Assembly (NCBI GenBank): GCA_902792105.1
Contig: CADAYK010000001.1
Location: 4,823-68,822, forward strand
Direction: 5' to 3'
Source: an uncultured Ruminococcus sp.
GTDB lineage: Bacteria > Bacillota > Clostridia > Oscillospirales > Acutalibacteraceae
Length of the DNA stretch: 64,000 bases
The stretch's first letter is position 1. Each line of letters starts with the position of its first letter. The notes below the pieces were generated by a model. That model was not told the origin of the DNA and searched no databases. It was given only the letters and a program-made list of their open reading frames with translations. Shown here in pieces: positions 25,296 through 34,651 of this stretch. The position numbers and the translations under genes were made by a program.

Positions 25296-25324
25296 TTGTC
25301 TTTTTTTTGAAAATTTTATATAAT
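25296..25324 (+). promoter_or_regulatory. sigma-A promoter of the dockerin protein gene
   Basis: TTGTCT, 17 bp, TATAAT; T8 run at 25301-25308. Confidence 0.6.
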
Positions 25325-25358
25325 TAAGGTGGTAATTTTATTTAGGAGGTAATTAACG

Positions 25359-27650
25359 ATGAGACACTCAAAAAAAGTGATGAGTCTTGCGATTGTAGCC
25401 GCATTACTTGTCACAATGCTAATCTCGGTGTTCCCCGCGTCGGCGGCAGGAACGCTTGCAAGCTACTACAAAACCAACCCCAACGGTCAGGTCGGCGTTC
25501 AAAAGACGATCAATGTTGACGGCGAAATTTCCGACTGGAACAGCTCAATGATCATTGCGCAGGGCACGGCAAACGACGATCCCCGTGTTTACCGTCCCAA
25601 CTCAATGTATGAGGTTCCGCTTGACCTCTACACACTCTACGGCGCATACGACGACAACAACCTTTACCTTATGTGGGAAATGACCAATGTTCAGGATGTT
25701 GTCGCACCGAACGACGACTATCCTCTGTCACAGGGTATCCTTTACCAGACAATGAACATCCCGTTCTTTATCGCGGTAGACACAGGCAAGTCCGACGCGA
25801 TCGGCAACAAAGCCAATCTCATAAACGGCGGCACGATCTGGGATTCCGGTATCACCTTTGAAAATCCCTTTAACCGTCTTGTTGCGATCTCAACAAACGG
25901 CGCCAACGGTCCTTTCCTTTACAGCGGCTCATCAGCCGGTCTTAACCCCAAGGAAATCGCCGCTCGCGCAGAAACAGGAATCACCTTTAAATACGGAAAA
26001 GGCATTTTAAGCAAAAACGTTTACGGCATCAACGGCGGCTACGGCGTACACAACAAGCGCGTTCCCGGCGATATGTGCAGTGAAAATTCCGATTGGGTTG
26101 ACTTCAACACAAAGGGACACAAAAGCTCAAGCATGGACTTCCATTACGAAATGTCAATTCCGCTTTCAAAACTCGGCGTAACCAAGAGCGACGTTGCTTC
26201 AAACGGCATCGGAGCAATGGTTATCATGACAAGCGGAAAGTCAGGCATGGACTGTCTGCCTTACGACCTTACAATGAACGACAAGGCTGATCTTGACGAC
26301 TCAGCGGGCTCACAGGTACACAACAGCTTTGAAAAGAGCGACGAGGATCACATTACAGTTCCCTTTGCAAGAATAGGAAAGAGCGGCGGAAGCACTCCGA
26401 TCGATCCCCAGCCCGGAACCGATCCCACAGATCCCGTTCAGCCCACCAACCCCACCACCCCGGTTTCAAACACGACCTTAAGTGTTAACGCTACCTCAAA
26501 CGTGCTTTCCTCGGGAAGCTACGAAGCCAAAAAGGGCGACACGATTTCAGTCAAATACGACCTCAAATCTTCAATGAAGGTTTGCAACGCACAGTGGACA
26601 CTTACATACGACAGCTCAAAGCTCAAGCTTAAATCCTCGGGAGTGTCAATGGCTCCCAAGACCGGCGGCGTTGTTTATGCCGACAACGGTCACGTTTACG
26701 GCAACTTTACCGAGGTTCAAAATCTCGTTGACTTCACAAACTCCGGCACACTTGCACAGGCGGAATTTGAGGTTATCGGCACCGGCAGCGCTTCGGTAAA
26801 CCTTAATGTCGAAGAGCTTTCCGTAGGTTATCTCAGCGGCGGAGTCCTCAACTACCGCAACGCGGTAAAGGGCAGCGTAAAACAGAACCTCAGCGGCGTT
26901 TCGGGCTTTAGTTCATCATCGATCAGCGGTACTTCAAAGGTAGCAAACGGCGGAATCGACACCGACGACAGCCTTACCGTAAGAGCAAGCTCCAACTTCT
27001 TCAAATCCGCAACCACAAAATTAAGCCCCGAAGCAAAACAGGTAACTGTAACCTACAAGCTCAGATCTTCAATGAAGCTTATCAATACACAGTGGATCCT
27101 CTCATACGACAATTCAAAGCTTAAGCTCACTTCAGATCTTGAAGAGCTCATGCCCGGCGTTTCAAACTTTACCTATAATCAGTATTCAAACAACACTATC
27201 AAGGGCAACTTCACAAATATCAATCTCCAAAACTATGCCAACGAAAAGGATTTTGTAAAGCTTACCTTTGATGTTATCGGCACAGGTACGGCAAACGTTG
27301 ACCTCGATGTAAGAATTCTCGGCATTGCCTACAAGACTTCTTATGACGCGGTTGAAGCCTATATTGTTGACAACGGCGTTGTATACGACGTAACCTCACA
27401 GCAGGGCTTCAGCACCGAAACCTACACCGCTACAACTGTAATCACAAGCGACGGTGCTGTTTGGGGCGACGTAAACCTCGACGGCAAGCTTTCGATCATG
27501 GATGCTACCGTTATTCAAAGACATCTCTCCACAGACGTTAACACCAAGCTCACCGACCGGCAGCTTCAAATCGCCGACACTAACGGCGACGGCAAGGTTT
27601 CAATTATGGACGCTACCGTTATTCAAAGAAGAATTGCAGGCTTGGCATAA
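25359..27650 (+). CDS. secreted non-catalytic amylosome-type protein: CBM74-like domain, PT linker, two cohesin-like modules, dockerin
   Basis: signal peptide ending ASA; AQGTANDDPRVY...LYGAYDDNNLYLMWE (CBM74-like); two related modules with QWxLxYDxSKLKL; duplicated GDVNLDGKLSIMDATVIQR / DTNGDGKVSIMDATVIQR. Confidence 0.8.
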   Translation: MRHSKKVMSLAIVAALLVTMLISVFPASAAGTLASYYKTNPNGQVGVQKTINVDGEISDWNSSMIIAQGTANDDPRVYRPNSMYEVPLDLYTLYGAYDDNNLYLMWEMTNVQDVVAPNDDYPLSQGILYQTMNIPFFIAVDTGKSDAIGNKANLINGGTIWDSGITFENPFNRLVAISTNGANGPFLYSGSSAGLNPKEIAARAETGITFKYGKGILSKNVYGINGGYGVHNKRVPGDMCSENSDWVDFNTKGHKSSSMDFHYEMSIPLSKLGVTKSDVASNGIGAMVIMTSGKSGMDCLPYDLTMNDKADLDDSAGSQVHNSFEKSDEDHITVPFARIGKSGGSTPIDPQPGTDPTDPVQPTNPTTPVSNTTLSVNATSNVLSSGSYEAKKGDTISVKYDLKSSMKVCNAQWTLTYDSSKLKLKSSGVSMAPKTGGVVYADNGHVYGNFTEVQNLVDFTNSGTLAQAEFEVIGTGSASVNLNVEELSVGYLSGGVLNYRNAVKGSVKQNLSGVSGFSSSSISGTSKVANGGIDTDDSLTVRASSNFFKSATTKLSPEAKQVTVTYKLRSSMKLINTQWILSYDNSKLKLTSDLEELMPGVSNFTYNQYSNNTIKGNFTNINLQNYANEKDFVKLTFDVIGTGTANVDLDVRILGIAYKTSYDAVEAYIVDNGVVYDVTSQQGFSTETYTATTVITSDGAVWGDVNLDGKLSIMDATVIQRHLSTDVNTKLTDRQLQIADTNGDGKVSIMDATVIQRRIAGLA

Positions 27651-27668
27651 ATAATAATATGTTTTTCG

Positions 27669-27701
27669 GCACTCCCGGTTTTCCGGGAGTGTTTTTCTTT
27701 T
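27669..27701 (+). terminator. intrinsic terminator
   Basis: CACTCCCGG-TTTT-CCGGGAGTG followed by TTTTTCTTTT. Confidence 0.85.
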
Positions 27702-27708
27702 ACGCAAG

Positions 27709-27737
27709 TCATAATCACGCGGCTGTTTGAATACACT
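27709..27737 (+). promoter_or_regulatory. sigma-E-like promoter of sipL-spoIVA
   Basis: TCATAAT, 14 bp, AATACACT. Confidence 0.7.
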
Positions 27738-27769
27738 GTAACAGACCAAAATAAAAGGAGAGATAAAAC

Positions 27770-29299
27770 ATGGAGCTTAATCAGGATAAACGAAGCTTCC
27801 GCACTCCGTGGGTTGTAGCAGACACGGTAGCCGAACAGCTTGCGGACGCCGACGTCACCCTGCCCGATTATTGCCCGAATATCGAAAAAATCTTAAAATG
27901 TACGCTTACTCCTAAAATTCAAACCCGGTCGTTGTCGGGCGGTCAGCTTCAAATCGAAGGATTTTGCGTAATAACGGTTTTGTATGTTGACGGCGATAAA
28001 AAGTCAATTCGATGCTGCGAGCAAAACGTCGGTTTTTCACGCAGCTTTTCCGTAAGGGACACACCCGAAAATTATGTCATTCTCACAAAAACCAAGTCCG
28101 AATACATAAACTGCCGTGCTTTAAGTCCGCGCAGGCTTGTTATTCACGGGGCTTTTTCACTTTACGCCAAGGTAATAGCGGCGAAAACAACAGAGCTTTT
28201 TACCCCCGGCGGCGACGATCTTGAGGTGCGCAAAACGCAAATCCAATGCGCCGACCTTAAATCCCTTTGCCAGGAGCAGTTTACAGTCAGCGAGGAAATC
28301 TCAGCCGCCGATAAGCCTGCAATTGAATCTCTGCTGTATTCTTCTGTTTCGGCGTCTGTCACCGACTGTAAGGCTGTCACCGGCAAACTCATGGTAAACG
28401 GAGAAATAAATCTCAGGTTGTTCTATCTCACCGACATTGAATCCGGGCAAACCGCCAAAACCGAATATATTGTTCCGTTCAGCCAGGTAATAGACTGCGG
28501 GGGAGCCGGGGAGGAAAACATCAGCGTACTCGACTGCGAGGTTCTGTCCTATGAAATCAGGCTGAAAAACGATGTGCTGTCGGAAAAACCGCTGATAGCT
28601 CTCGATGTAAAAATCTGCCTTACCGAGGAAGGCTTCATCAACCGCGGCGAATACATTGTTACCGACGCTTATTCAACAAAATACTGCTCGGTTCCGCAAT
28701 TTGAAACCTTAAAGACAATTGCAGATACCGTCCCGGTCAATGAAAGCTTTATCGAAAAAATCAACGCGAAAATAGACAACTGCCAAATTTCAAAGCTGCT
28801 CGACATCTATCCCGGCAGCATTACCCTTGACGCTGTGCACGCCGGCGGCGGAATAAAGGCGAACGGAAAAATCAATATGTGTATCGTTGCCTTAAACGGG
28901 GATGATTTCCCGGTATTTATCGAGCGCTCCTTTGATTATTCACACCCGGTCACATCGGCAGAGGGATGCAACGCGATGATACTGCCCGCGGTCAGAATGA
29001 CAGGTGTCAGCTACCGTCTTGCCGACGGCAACAGCGTAGAGCTGAGGTGCGAAATCAAGATAACGGGCGGAGCGGTCAAAAACGAAAGCCATCGCGCGGT
29101 CGAAAGCGCCGGAATTGACACCGGTAAACCGCTTAAAACCGACGGCTGCTCCCTTACTCTGTACTTTGCGTCAAAGGGCGAAAGCCTTTGGGACATTGCA
29201 AAGTCGCACAATACGGAGGTCGGACTGCTCACTGCGGAAAACGGGCTTGAGGAAGACACGGTCGAATATCCTCAAATGCTGCTGATACCAAAAATATAG
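27770..29299 (+). CDS. SipL-like spore coat morphogenetic protein (DUF3794/SPOCS repeats + LysM)
   Basis: DVTLPDYCPNIEKILKC, repeated beta domains, C-terminal LysM GESLWDIAKSHNT; directly upstream of spoIVA. Confidence 0.8.
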   Translation: MELNQDKRSFRTPWVVADTVAEQLADADVTLPDYCPNIEKILKCTLTPKIQTRSLSGGQLQIEGFCVITVLYVDGDKKSIRCCEQNVGFSRSFSVRDTPENYVILTKTKSEYINCRALSPRRLVIHGAFSLYAKVIAAKTTELFTPGGDDLEVRKTQIQCADLKSLCQEQFTVSEEISAADKPAIESLLYSSVSASVTDCKAVTGKLMVNGEINLRLFYLTDIESGQTAKTEYIVPFSQVIDCGGAGEENISVLDCEVLSYEIRLKNDVLSEKPLIALDVKICLTEEGFINRGEYIVTDAYSTKYCSVPQFETLKTIADTVPVNESFIEKINAKIDNCQISKLLDIYPGSITLDAVHAGGGIKANGKINMCIVALNGDDFPVFIERSFDYSHPVTSAEGCNAMILPAVRMTGVSYRLADGNSVELRCEIKITGGAVKNESHRAVESAGIDTGKPLKTDGCSLTLYFASKGESLWDIAKSHNTEVGLLTAENGLEEDTVEYPQMLLIPKI

Positions 29300-29310
29300 G
29301 AGGTTAGTGT

Positions 29311-30789
29311 ATGGAAGAACGAAACGTATTCCGAGACATTTCGCGCCGCACGGACGGCGACGTATATATCGGAGTGGTCGGCCCTGTACGCACAGGCAAA
29401 TCGACATTTATCAAGCGGTTTATGGACACGGTGGTGCTTCCGAATATCAGCGATGAGAACATCTACCGCAGAACGATCGACGAGCTGCCCCAGTCCTCAG
29501 CCGGCAAAACGATAATGACGACCGAGCCTAAGTTCATTCCCGAGGAATCGGTTGAGGTTTCCCTCGGCGAAAACATAAGCTTCCGTGTAAGAATGATAGA
29601 CTGTGTCGGCTACATTGTAGATTCCGCACTCGGCCACAGCGAGGATGGCGGACCGCGAATGGTAAAAACTCCGTGGTCGGACGAGGAAATATCCTTTGAC
29701 GACGCGGCGGAGATCGGAACCAAAAAGGTAATAACCGACCATTCCTCGATTGGTCTTGTGATCACCACCGACGGAAGCTTCGGCGAAATACCGCGCGAGG
29801 ATTATACCGACAGCGAAATGCGCGTGATCGCCGAGCTAAAGGCAATAGATAAGCCTTTTATTATCCTTCTCAATTCGTCACAGCCGCAGTCGCGGCAGGC
29901 TCAGGCGCTTGCCGCCGAGCTGTCTCAAAAATACGGAGTTCCGGCGCTTCCGGTAAGCTGCATGGAGCTTGACGACAACGAGATCAAGCGGATCCTCGCG
30001 CAGCTGCTTTTCGAGTTTCCCGTCCGCGAAATAAAAGTCGATATACCCAAATGGATAGTGCGGCTTGATAAGGAGCATCCGCTTAAATCCTCAATCATGT
30101 GCGCGATCCGAGAATCCGCCGGGGATATAAACAAAATCCGCGAAATCGAGGATACCGTCAAAGCTCTGTGCGAAAACGAATTTATCGAAAACGCCGCTGT
30201 TTCGGGACTCGATCTCGGAAAAGGCAACGCGGGTATCTCGCTTTTTGTAAGCCCGGGTTTGTTTTACAAGGTGCTTTCCGAGCAGACCGGGCTTGACATT
30301 TCCGGCGAATGTGAACTAATGGACAATATCAGCCGGCTTTCCGAAAAGCAAAGGGAGTTCGACAAAATCGCGCGTGCATATGAGCAGGTAAAGGAAACGG
30401 GCTACGGGATCGTAATGCCTTCGATCGACCAGCTAAAGCTTGACGAACCGCAGATAATAAAGCAGGGCGGAAAGTACGGAATCAGGCTCAGGGCAAGCGC
30501 TCCGTCGATCCATATGATGAAAATTGAAACCCAAACCGAGGTCACACCGATCGTGGGCAGCGAACAGCAGTCCGAAGAGCTTGTCAATTACCTGCTCAAG
30601 GAATTTGAGGAAAACCCCGAAAAAATCTGGGAGAGCAATATTTTCGGAAAATCGGTGCACGAGCTTGTGAACGAAGGTCTGCACAATAAGCTTTACAGAA
30701 TGCCCGAGGACGCACGCCGCAAGGTAGGGGAGACAATTCAGAAAATCATTAACGACGGCTGCAACGGGTTAATATGTATAATTCTTTAA
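29311..30789 (+). CDS. spoIVA: stage IV sporulation protein A
   Basis: YIGVVGPVRTGKSTFIKRFM, TTEPKFIP, C-terminal GLICIIL; 492 aa. Confidence 0.97.
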   Translation: MEERNVFRDISRRTDGDVYIGVVGPVRTGKSTFIKRFMDTVVLPNISDENIYRRTIDELPQSSAGKTIMTTEPKFIPEESVEVSLGENISFRVRMIDCVGYIVDSALGHSEDGGPRMVKTPWSDEEISFDDAAEIGTKKVITDHSSIGLVITTDGSFGEIPREDYTDSEMRVIAELKAIDKPFIILLNSSQPQSRQAQALAAELSQKYGVPALPVSCMELDDNEIKRILAQLLFEFPVREIKVDIPKWIVRLDKEHPLKSSIMCAIRESAGDINKIREIEDTVKALCENEFIENAAVSGLDLGKGNAGISLFVSPGLFYKVLSEQTGLDISGECELMDNISRLSEKQREFDKIARAYEQVKETGYGIVMPSIDQLKLDEPQIIKQGGKYGIRLRASAPSIHMMKIETQTEVTPIVGSEQQSEELVNYLLKEFEENPEKIWESNIFGKSVHELVNEGLHNKLYRMPEDARRKVGETIQKIINDGCNGLICIIL

Positions 30790-30804
30790 CAGAATATTAC
30801 TTTG

Positions 30805-30836
30805 AAAAGAGCGTTTCTTGAAAAAACGCTCTTTTT
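30805..30836 (+). terminator. terminator after spoIVA
   Basis: AAAAGAGCGTTT...AAACGCTCTTTTT. Confidence 0.8.
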
Positions 30837-30916
30837 GTGTTATTTAATAATTTTACAGCCAAAGCAGCGCGCATATTATAAAAATCAACGAAAAACATCT
30901 GCCGCAATATTTAATA

Positions 30917-30945
30917 TTGAAAAAAAAGACGAAATAAAGTATAAT
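30917..30945 (+). promoter_or_regulatory. sigma-A promoter of oadG-oadB
   Basis: TTGAAA, 17 bp, TATAAT. Confidence 0.65.
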
Positions 30946-30983
30946 AAATATGTATGCAAATCTTATTAAATGGGGGTCATTAT

Positions 30984-31430
30984 ATGAATCTTTCCTATCT
31001 GGCAAACGCCTCCGGAATAGCCGCCGAATATTCGCTTTATGAAAAGTGGATAGCCTCGGCAAAGGTTATTCTCACCGGTTTTGCCGTTGTATTTGCCGTG
31101 CTGTTGCTGTTGATCGCAATCATAAAGCTCTACAGCACGATCGTAATCAAGGTTCAGGACAGAAGCATTGTCAAAAAGAATAAAAAAGTAAAGGTTGCCC
31201 AACCCGGCGACACTCTTAAAAAGCCTGTCGTTATACCGGTTCAAAAGAACACTGCGGACGAACCGGCGGTTTCCGACGGTATCGACGACGAGGTCGTGGC
31301 GGTGATCGCCGCGGCGGTCACCGCAATGTACGGCACAAAGGGCAAGGCAAAAATAAAGTCAATCAAGAAATCGGGCGGACGCTCCGCTTGGGCAAACGCA
31401 GGTATTCTTGACAATACTCGCCCGTTTTAA
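30984..31430 (+). CDS. oadG: Na+-translocating decarboxylase gamma/delta subunit (OadG family)
   Basis: TM TGFAVVFAVLLLL, EVVAVIAAAV, C-terminal SAWANAG. Confidence 0.82.
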   Translation: MNLSYLANASGIAAEYSLYEKWIASAKVILTGFAVVFAVLLLLIAIIKLYSTIVIKVQDRSIVKKNKKVKVAQPGDTLKKPVVIPVQKNTADEPAVSDGIDDEVVAVIAAAVTAMYGTKGKAKIKSIKKSGGRSAWANAGILDNTRPF

Positions 31431-31445
31431 GAAAGGAACGCATCA

Positions 31446-32687
31446 ATGGAAATAATCGACGGCTTTTTTAAAGCCATAACCGGTATATTTAATGAATCGG
31501 GTATTTCAACCCTAAACTGGCAAAATTATGTTATGATCGCCATTTCAATAGTTTTGCTCTATCTTGCAATCAAAAAGCAGTACGAACCGCTTTTGCTTTT
31601 GCCGATCGCCTTCGGTATGCTGCTTGTAAACCTTTATCCGGCAATTATGAATCCGCCCTCGGTCGAGCTGTTAACGGCTGATCAATGCGCCGCGCAGCAC
31701 GTCGAGCTTGCCGGGCACGCCAAAAGGGTGATCGACGGCGTGACCTATTACGAGAACCCGACCTACGGCGGACTTCTCTACTACCTTTATCAGGGCGTTA
31801 AGCTCGGAATTTATCCTCCGCTTATCTTCCTGGGCATCGGCTGCATGACCGACTTCGGTCCGCTTATCGCCAACCCCAAGAGCCTTATTCTCGGCGCGGC
31901 GGCACAAATCGGCATTTTCGTAACCTTTACTGGCGCTATTTTCCTCGGCTTCAGCGAACCCGAGGCAGGCGCTATCGGCATCATAGGCGGCGCCGACGGT
32001 CCTACCGCGATTTATGTTACAACAAAGCTTGCTCCGCATCTTTTGGGTTCGATCGCGATCGCGGCTTATTCTTACATGGCGCTTGTTCCCATTATCCAGC
32101 CGCCCATAATGAAGGCTCTCACCACCAAAAAAGAGCGTATGGTCGTTATGGAACAGCTTCGCCCCGTATCTAAGCTTGAAAAAATCATGTTCCCGATCAT
32201 CGTTGTGATCCTTATCGCGATCTTACTTCCCGACGCGGCTCCGCTTGTCGGTATGCTCATGCTCGGAAACCTCTTTAAGGAGTCGGGAGTTGTTGACAGA
32301 ATCGCAAAGGCGGCTCAAAACGAGCTTATGAATATCATCACCATCTTCCTCGGCACAACCGTAGGCGCAACCGCTTCCGGTCAAAACTTCCTTTCGCTGA
32401 ACACGATCAAGATCATTGTGCTCGGACTTATCGCCTTCTCAATGGGTACGGCGTTCGGCGTTCTCTTCGGAAAGCTCATGTACAAGTTCACGGGCGGCAA
32501 GGTCAATCCGCTTATCGGTTCCGCAGGTGTTTCGGCTGTTCCTATGGCTGCAAGAGTATCACAAAAGGTCGGCCAGCAGGAAAATCCCGGCAACTTCCTT
32601 CTCATGCACGCAATGGGTCCGAACGTGGCGGGCGTTATCGGTTCCGCGGTTGCCGCAGGCGTACTTTTGAATGTTGTAGGACACTAA
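31446..32687 (+). CDS. oadB: Na+-translocating decarboxylase beta subunit
   Basis: EPLLLLPIAFG, IGIIGGADGPT, GVSAVPMAAR, HAMGPNVAGVIG. Confidence 0.93.
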   Translation: MEIIDGFFKAITGIFNESGISTLNWQNYVMIAISIVLLYLAIKKQYEPLLLLPIAFGMLLVNLYPAIMNPPSVELLTADQCAAQHVELAGHAKRVIDGVTYYENPTYGGLLYYLYQGVKLGIYPPLIFLGIGCMTDFGPLIANPKSLILGAAAQIGIFVTFTGAIFLGFSEPEAGAIGIIGGADGPTAIYVTTKLAPHLLGSIAIAAYSYMALVPIIQPPIMKALTTKKERMVVMEQLRPVSKLEKIMFPIIVVILIAILLPDAAPLVGMLMLGNLFKESGVVDRIAKAAQNELMNIITIFLGTTVGATASGQNFLSLNTIKIIVLGLIAFSMGTAFGVLFGKLMYKFTGGKVNPLIGSAGVSAVPMAARVSQKVGQQENPGNFLLMHAMGPNVAGVIGSAVAAGVLLNVVGH

Positions 32688-32699
32688 TATATTATTTTG

Positions 32700-32731
32700 T
32701 TAAGGAAAGCTTCGGCTTTCCTTAATTTTTT
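32700..32731 (+). terminator. terminator with cUUCGg tetraloop
   Basis: TAAGGAAAGC-TTCG-GCTTTCCTTA followed by ATTTTTT. Confidence 0.85.
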
Positions 32732-32854
32732 GCATTTTTCAGTGATTTTAATTCTATTTTGGAATTATTAATCAGAGCGGATAGTTTATAATATACAGTG
32801 GTTAATTTTAATACTGTTATTTGGTAACAGTATAAAGTAAAGGAGTATGAAAAA

Positions 32855-33583
32855 ATGGGAAAAAATATTACCGTGCAAAGAATTTTGACAATTCTTTTGC
32901 ACCGGATTCCTTTTATCATCATTTCGGGACTGCTTTTTGCCCTGATATTTTTTCTGTATTCGTCGTTTATTATTAAACCGACCTACAGCACATCCACAAT
33001 GATATTCATTCAAAACTATAATAAAACCACTGTTCAGCAGCAGGCGGGAGCTGCCGCCGCCGCAAACAGCGCTCAGGCGTCAAGAACAAACGATGCCGTC
33101 CAGAACAACAACGAAATCGCTCAAAAGATTTTCAGCTCCGATATCAGCGGTTCATCCAATCTTGCCAAAATCTGCGTTACCTTCTTCCAGAACTCTGATG
33201 AGATCACAGCTCTGTACAACGGCTGCAGCGTAGGCTTTGCCGTTGAAGAGGGAACCTTCTACATTACCATCACCGTATCGGGACCCGATCCCCAGCAGTG
33301 CGCAAATGTGGCTAACCAGGTTGCCGAAAAGTGCCAGGAAGTTTATTACAAGGGCTTTTCATACGGACAGCTGGGTACCATCAGAACAGCCAAGGAACCC
33401 ACATCTCCGGTGTCCCCGAACAAAACCAGAAATACTTTGATCGGCGCCGCGATCGGTTTGGTTCTTGCCGCGCTTCTCGTAATCCTCCTCGACTTAATCG
33501 ATACCACGATCAAGTCCGATGACGATCTCGCCGAAATCTACAAGGTACCGGTATTTGCGGAAATTCCCGATTTTGACCAGTGA
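32855..33583 (+). CDS. CpsC/Wzz-like polysaccharide co-polymerase (BY-kinase activator)
   Basis: two TM helices, PTYSTST, PVSPNKTRN, DTTIKSDDD, VPVFAEIP. Confidence 0.82.
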   Translation: MGKNITVQRILTILLHRIPFIIISGLLFALIFFLYSSFIIKPTYSTSTMIFIQNYNKTTVQQQAGAAAAANSAQASRTNDAVQNNNEIAQKIFSSDISGSSNLAKICVTFFQNSDEITALYNGCSVGFAVEEGTFYITITVSGPDPQQCANVANQVAEKCQEVYYKGFSYGQLGTIRTAKEPTSPVSPNKTRNTLIGAAIGLVLAALLVILLDLIDTTIKSDDDLAEIYKVPVFAEIPDFDQ

Positions 33584-33598
33584 GGCAGGTGATAAAAC

Positions 33599-34345
33599 AT
33601 GAAAATTAAATTAGGAAGAAACAGCACAAAAAAGAAAGACGCTAAAAACGAAAAGAAGAACGGCGATTCCAAGCTTGAAACTATCTCCGATAAAAGTAAG
33701 TTTGCCATAGTAGAGTCCTACAAGGCGGCTCGTACCAACATCATGTTTTCACTCTCCGCCGATGATGACAAGATCTTTGCCATAACCAGTTATTCAAAGG
33801 GTGAAGGTAAAAGTACCGTTTCGGCAAACCTCGCTATCTCATTCTCAAAAATGGAGAAAAAGGTTCTCCTCGTTGACTGCGACCTTCGCCGTCCGAACGC
33901 TCACAACATCTTTAAAATCAGCAACCAGGTCGGACTTTCCAACATCATCGGTAAAATGACCGATTTTGAGGACGCGGTGCACCGCGACGTACTCAAAAAC
34001 CTCGATATTATCACGTCGGGCACCATTCCGCCCAACCCGTCCGAGCTTATTTGTTCGGCAAGGTTTGTAAATCTTATAAAGAATCTTTATGAGGAATACG
34101 ACTATATCATCTTCGATACGCCGCCTATAGGCGTTGTATCCGACGCGCTTTTGCTCAAGGATCTCGTTGCGGGCTTCGTTGTGGTAATCCGCGAGCGTTC
34201 CACCACACACGGCGACGTTCAAAACCTGCTTGAGAGCGCAAAAATTGCCGATTCCAAGATTTTGGGCTTTGTAAAGGTTGGTTGTATCAACCACAAGCGA
34301 AAAGGCAAGCGCGGCTACGGTTACTATTATTATCAGTATTATTAA
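33599..34345 (+). CDS. CpsD/CapB-family bacterial tyrosine kinase
   Basis: ESYKAARTNI, GEGKST, VDCDLRRP, FDTPP, C-terminal Tyr cluster GYGYYYYQYY. Confidence 0.9.
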   Translation: MKIKLGRNSTKKKDAKNEKKNGDSKLETISDKSKFAIVESYKAARTNIMFSLSADDDKIFAITSYSKGEGKSTVSANLAISFSKMEKKVLLVDCDLRRPNAHNIFKISNQVGLSNIIGKMTDFEDAVHRDVLKNLDIITSGTIPPNPSELICSARFVNLIKNLYEEYDYIIFDTPPIGVVSDALLLKDLVAGFVVVIRERSTTHGDVQNLLESAKIADSKILGFVKVGCINHKRKGKRGYGYYYYQYY

Positions 34346-34372
34346 TCTCGGCGCAATTACCAGCGACACACG

Positions 34373-34403
34373 GCCTGCCGGCAAAAACCGGCAGGCTTTT
34401 TTT
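34373..34403 (+). terminator. intrinsic terminator
   Basis: GCCTGCCGG...CCGGCAGGC followed by T7. Confidence 0.85.
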
Positions 34404-34651
34404 GTTAAATTTTATTCGGCAGTTTGTTGTTCTTATCCTCTGTGCTCGGCATTCGGCAGGTTTTTAAGTATGCAAATGCAAAATTAACGAATAAAATATA
34501 TATAAAAGCTTGGCAAAACGGCAATCGAGGTTGGCATTATCGACGAAAAATGCAGGAATGCACAAAAACACTTGCATTTTTGACACTGATGTATTACAAT
34601 TAATTGGTGTTTGAAAAGAATTTTTGCAATTTTTTGATAAGGAGAAGCAAA

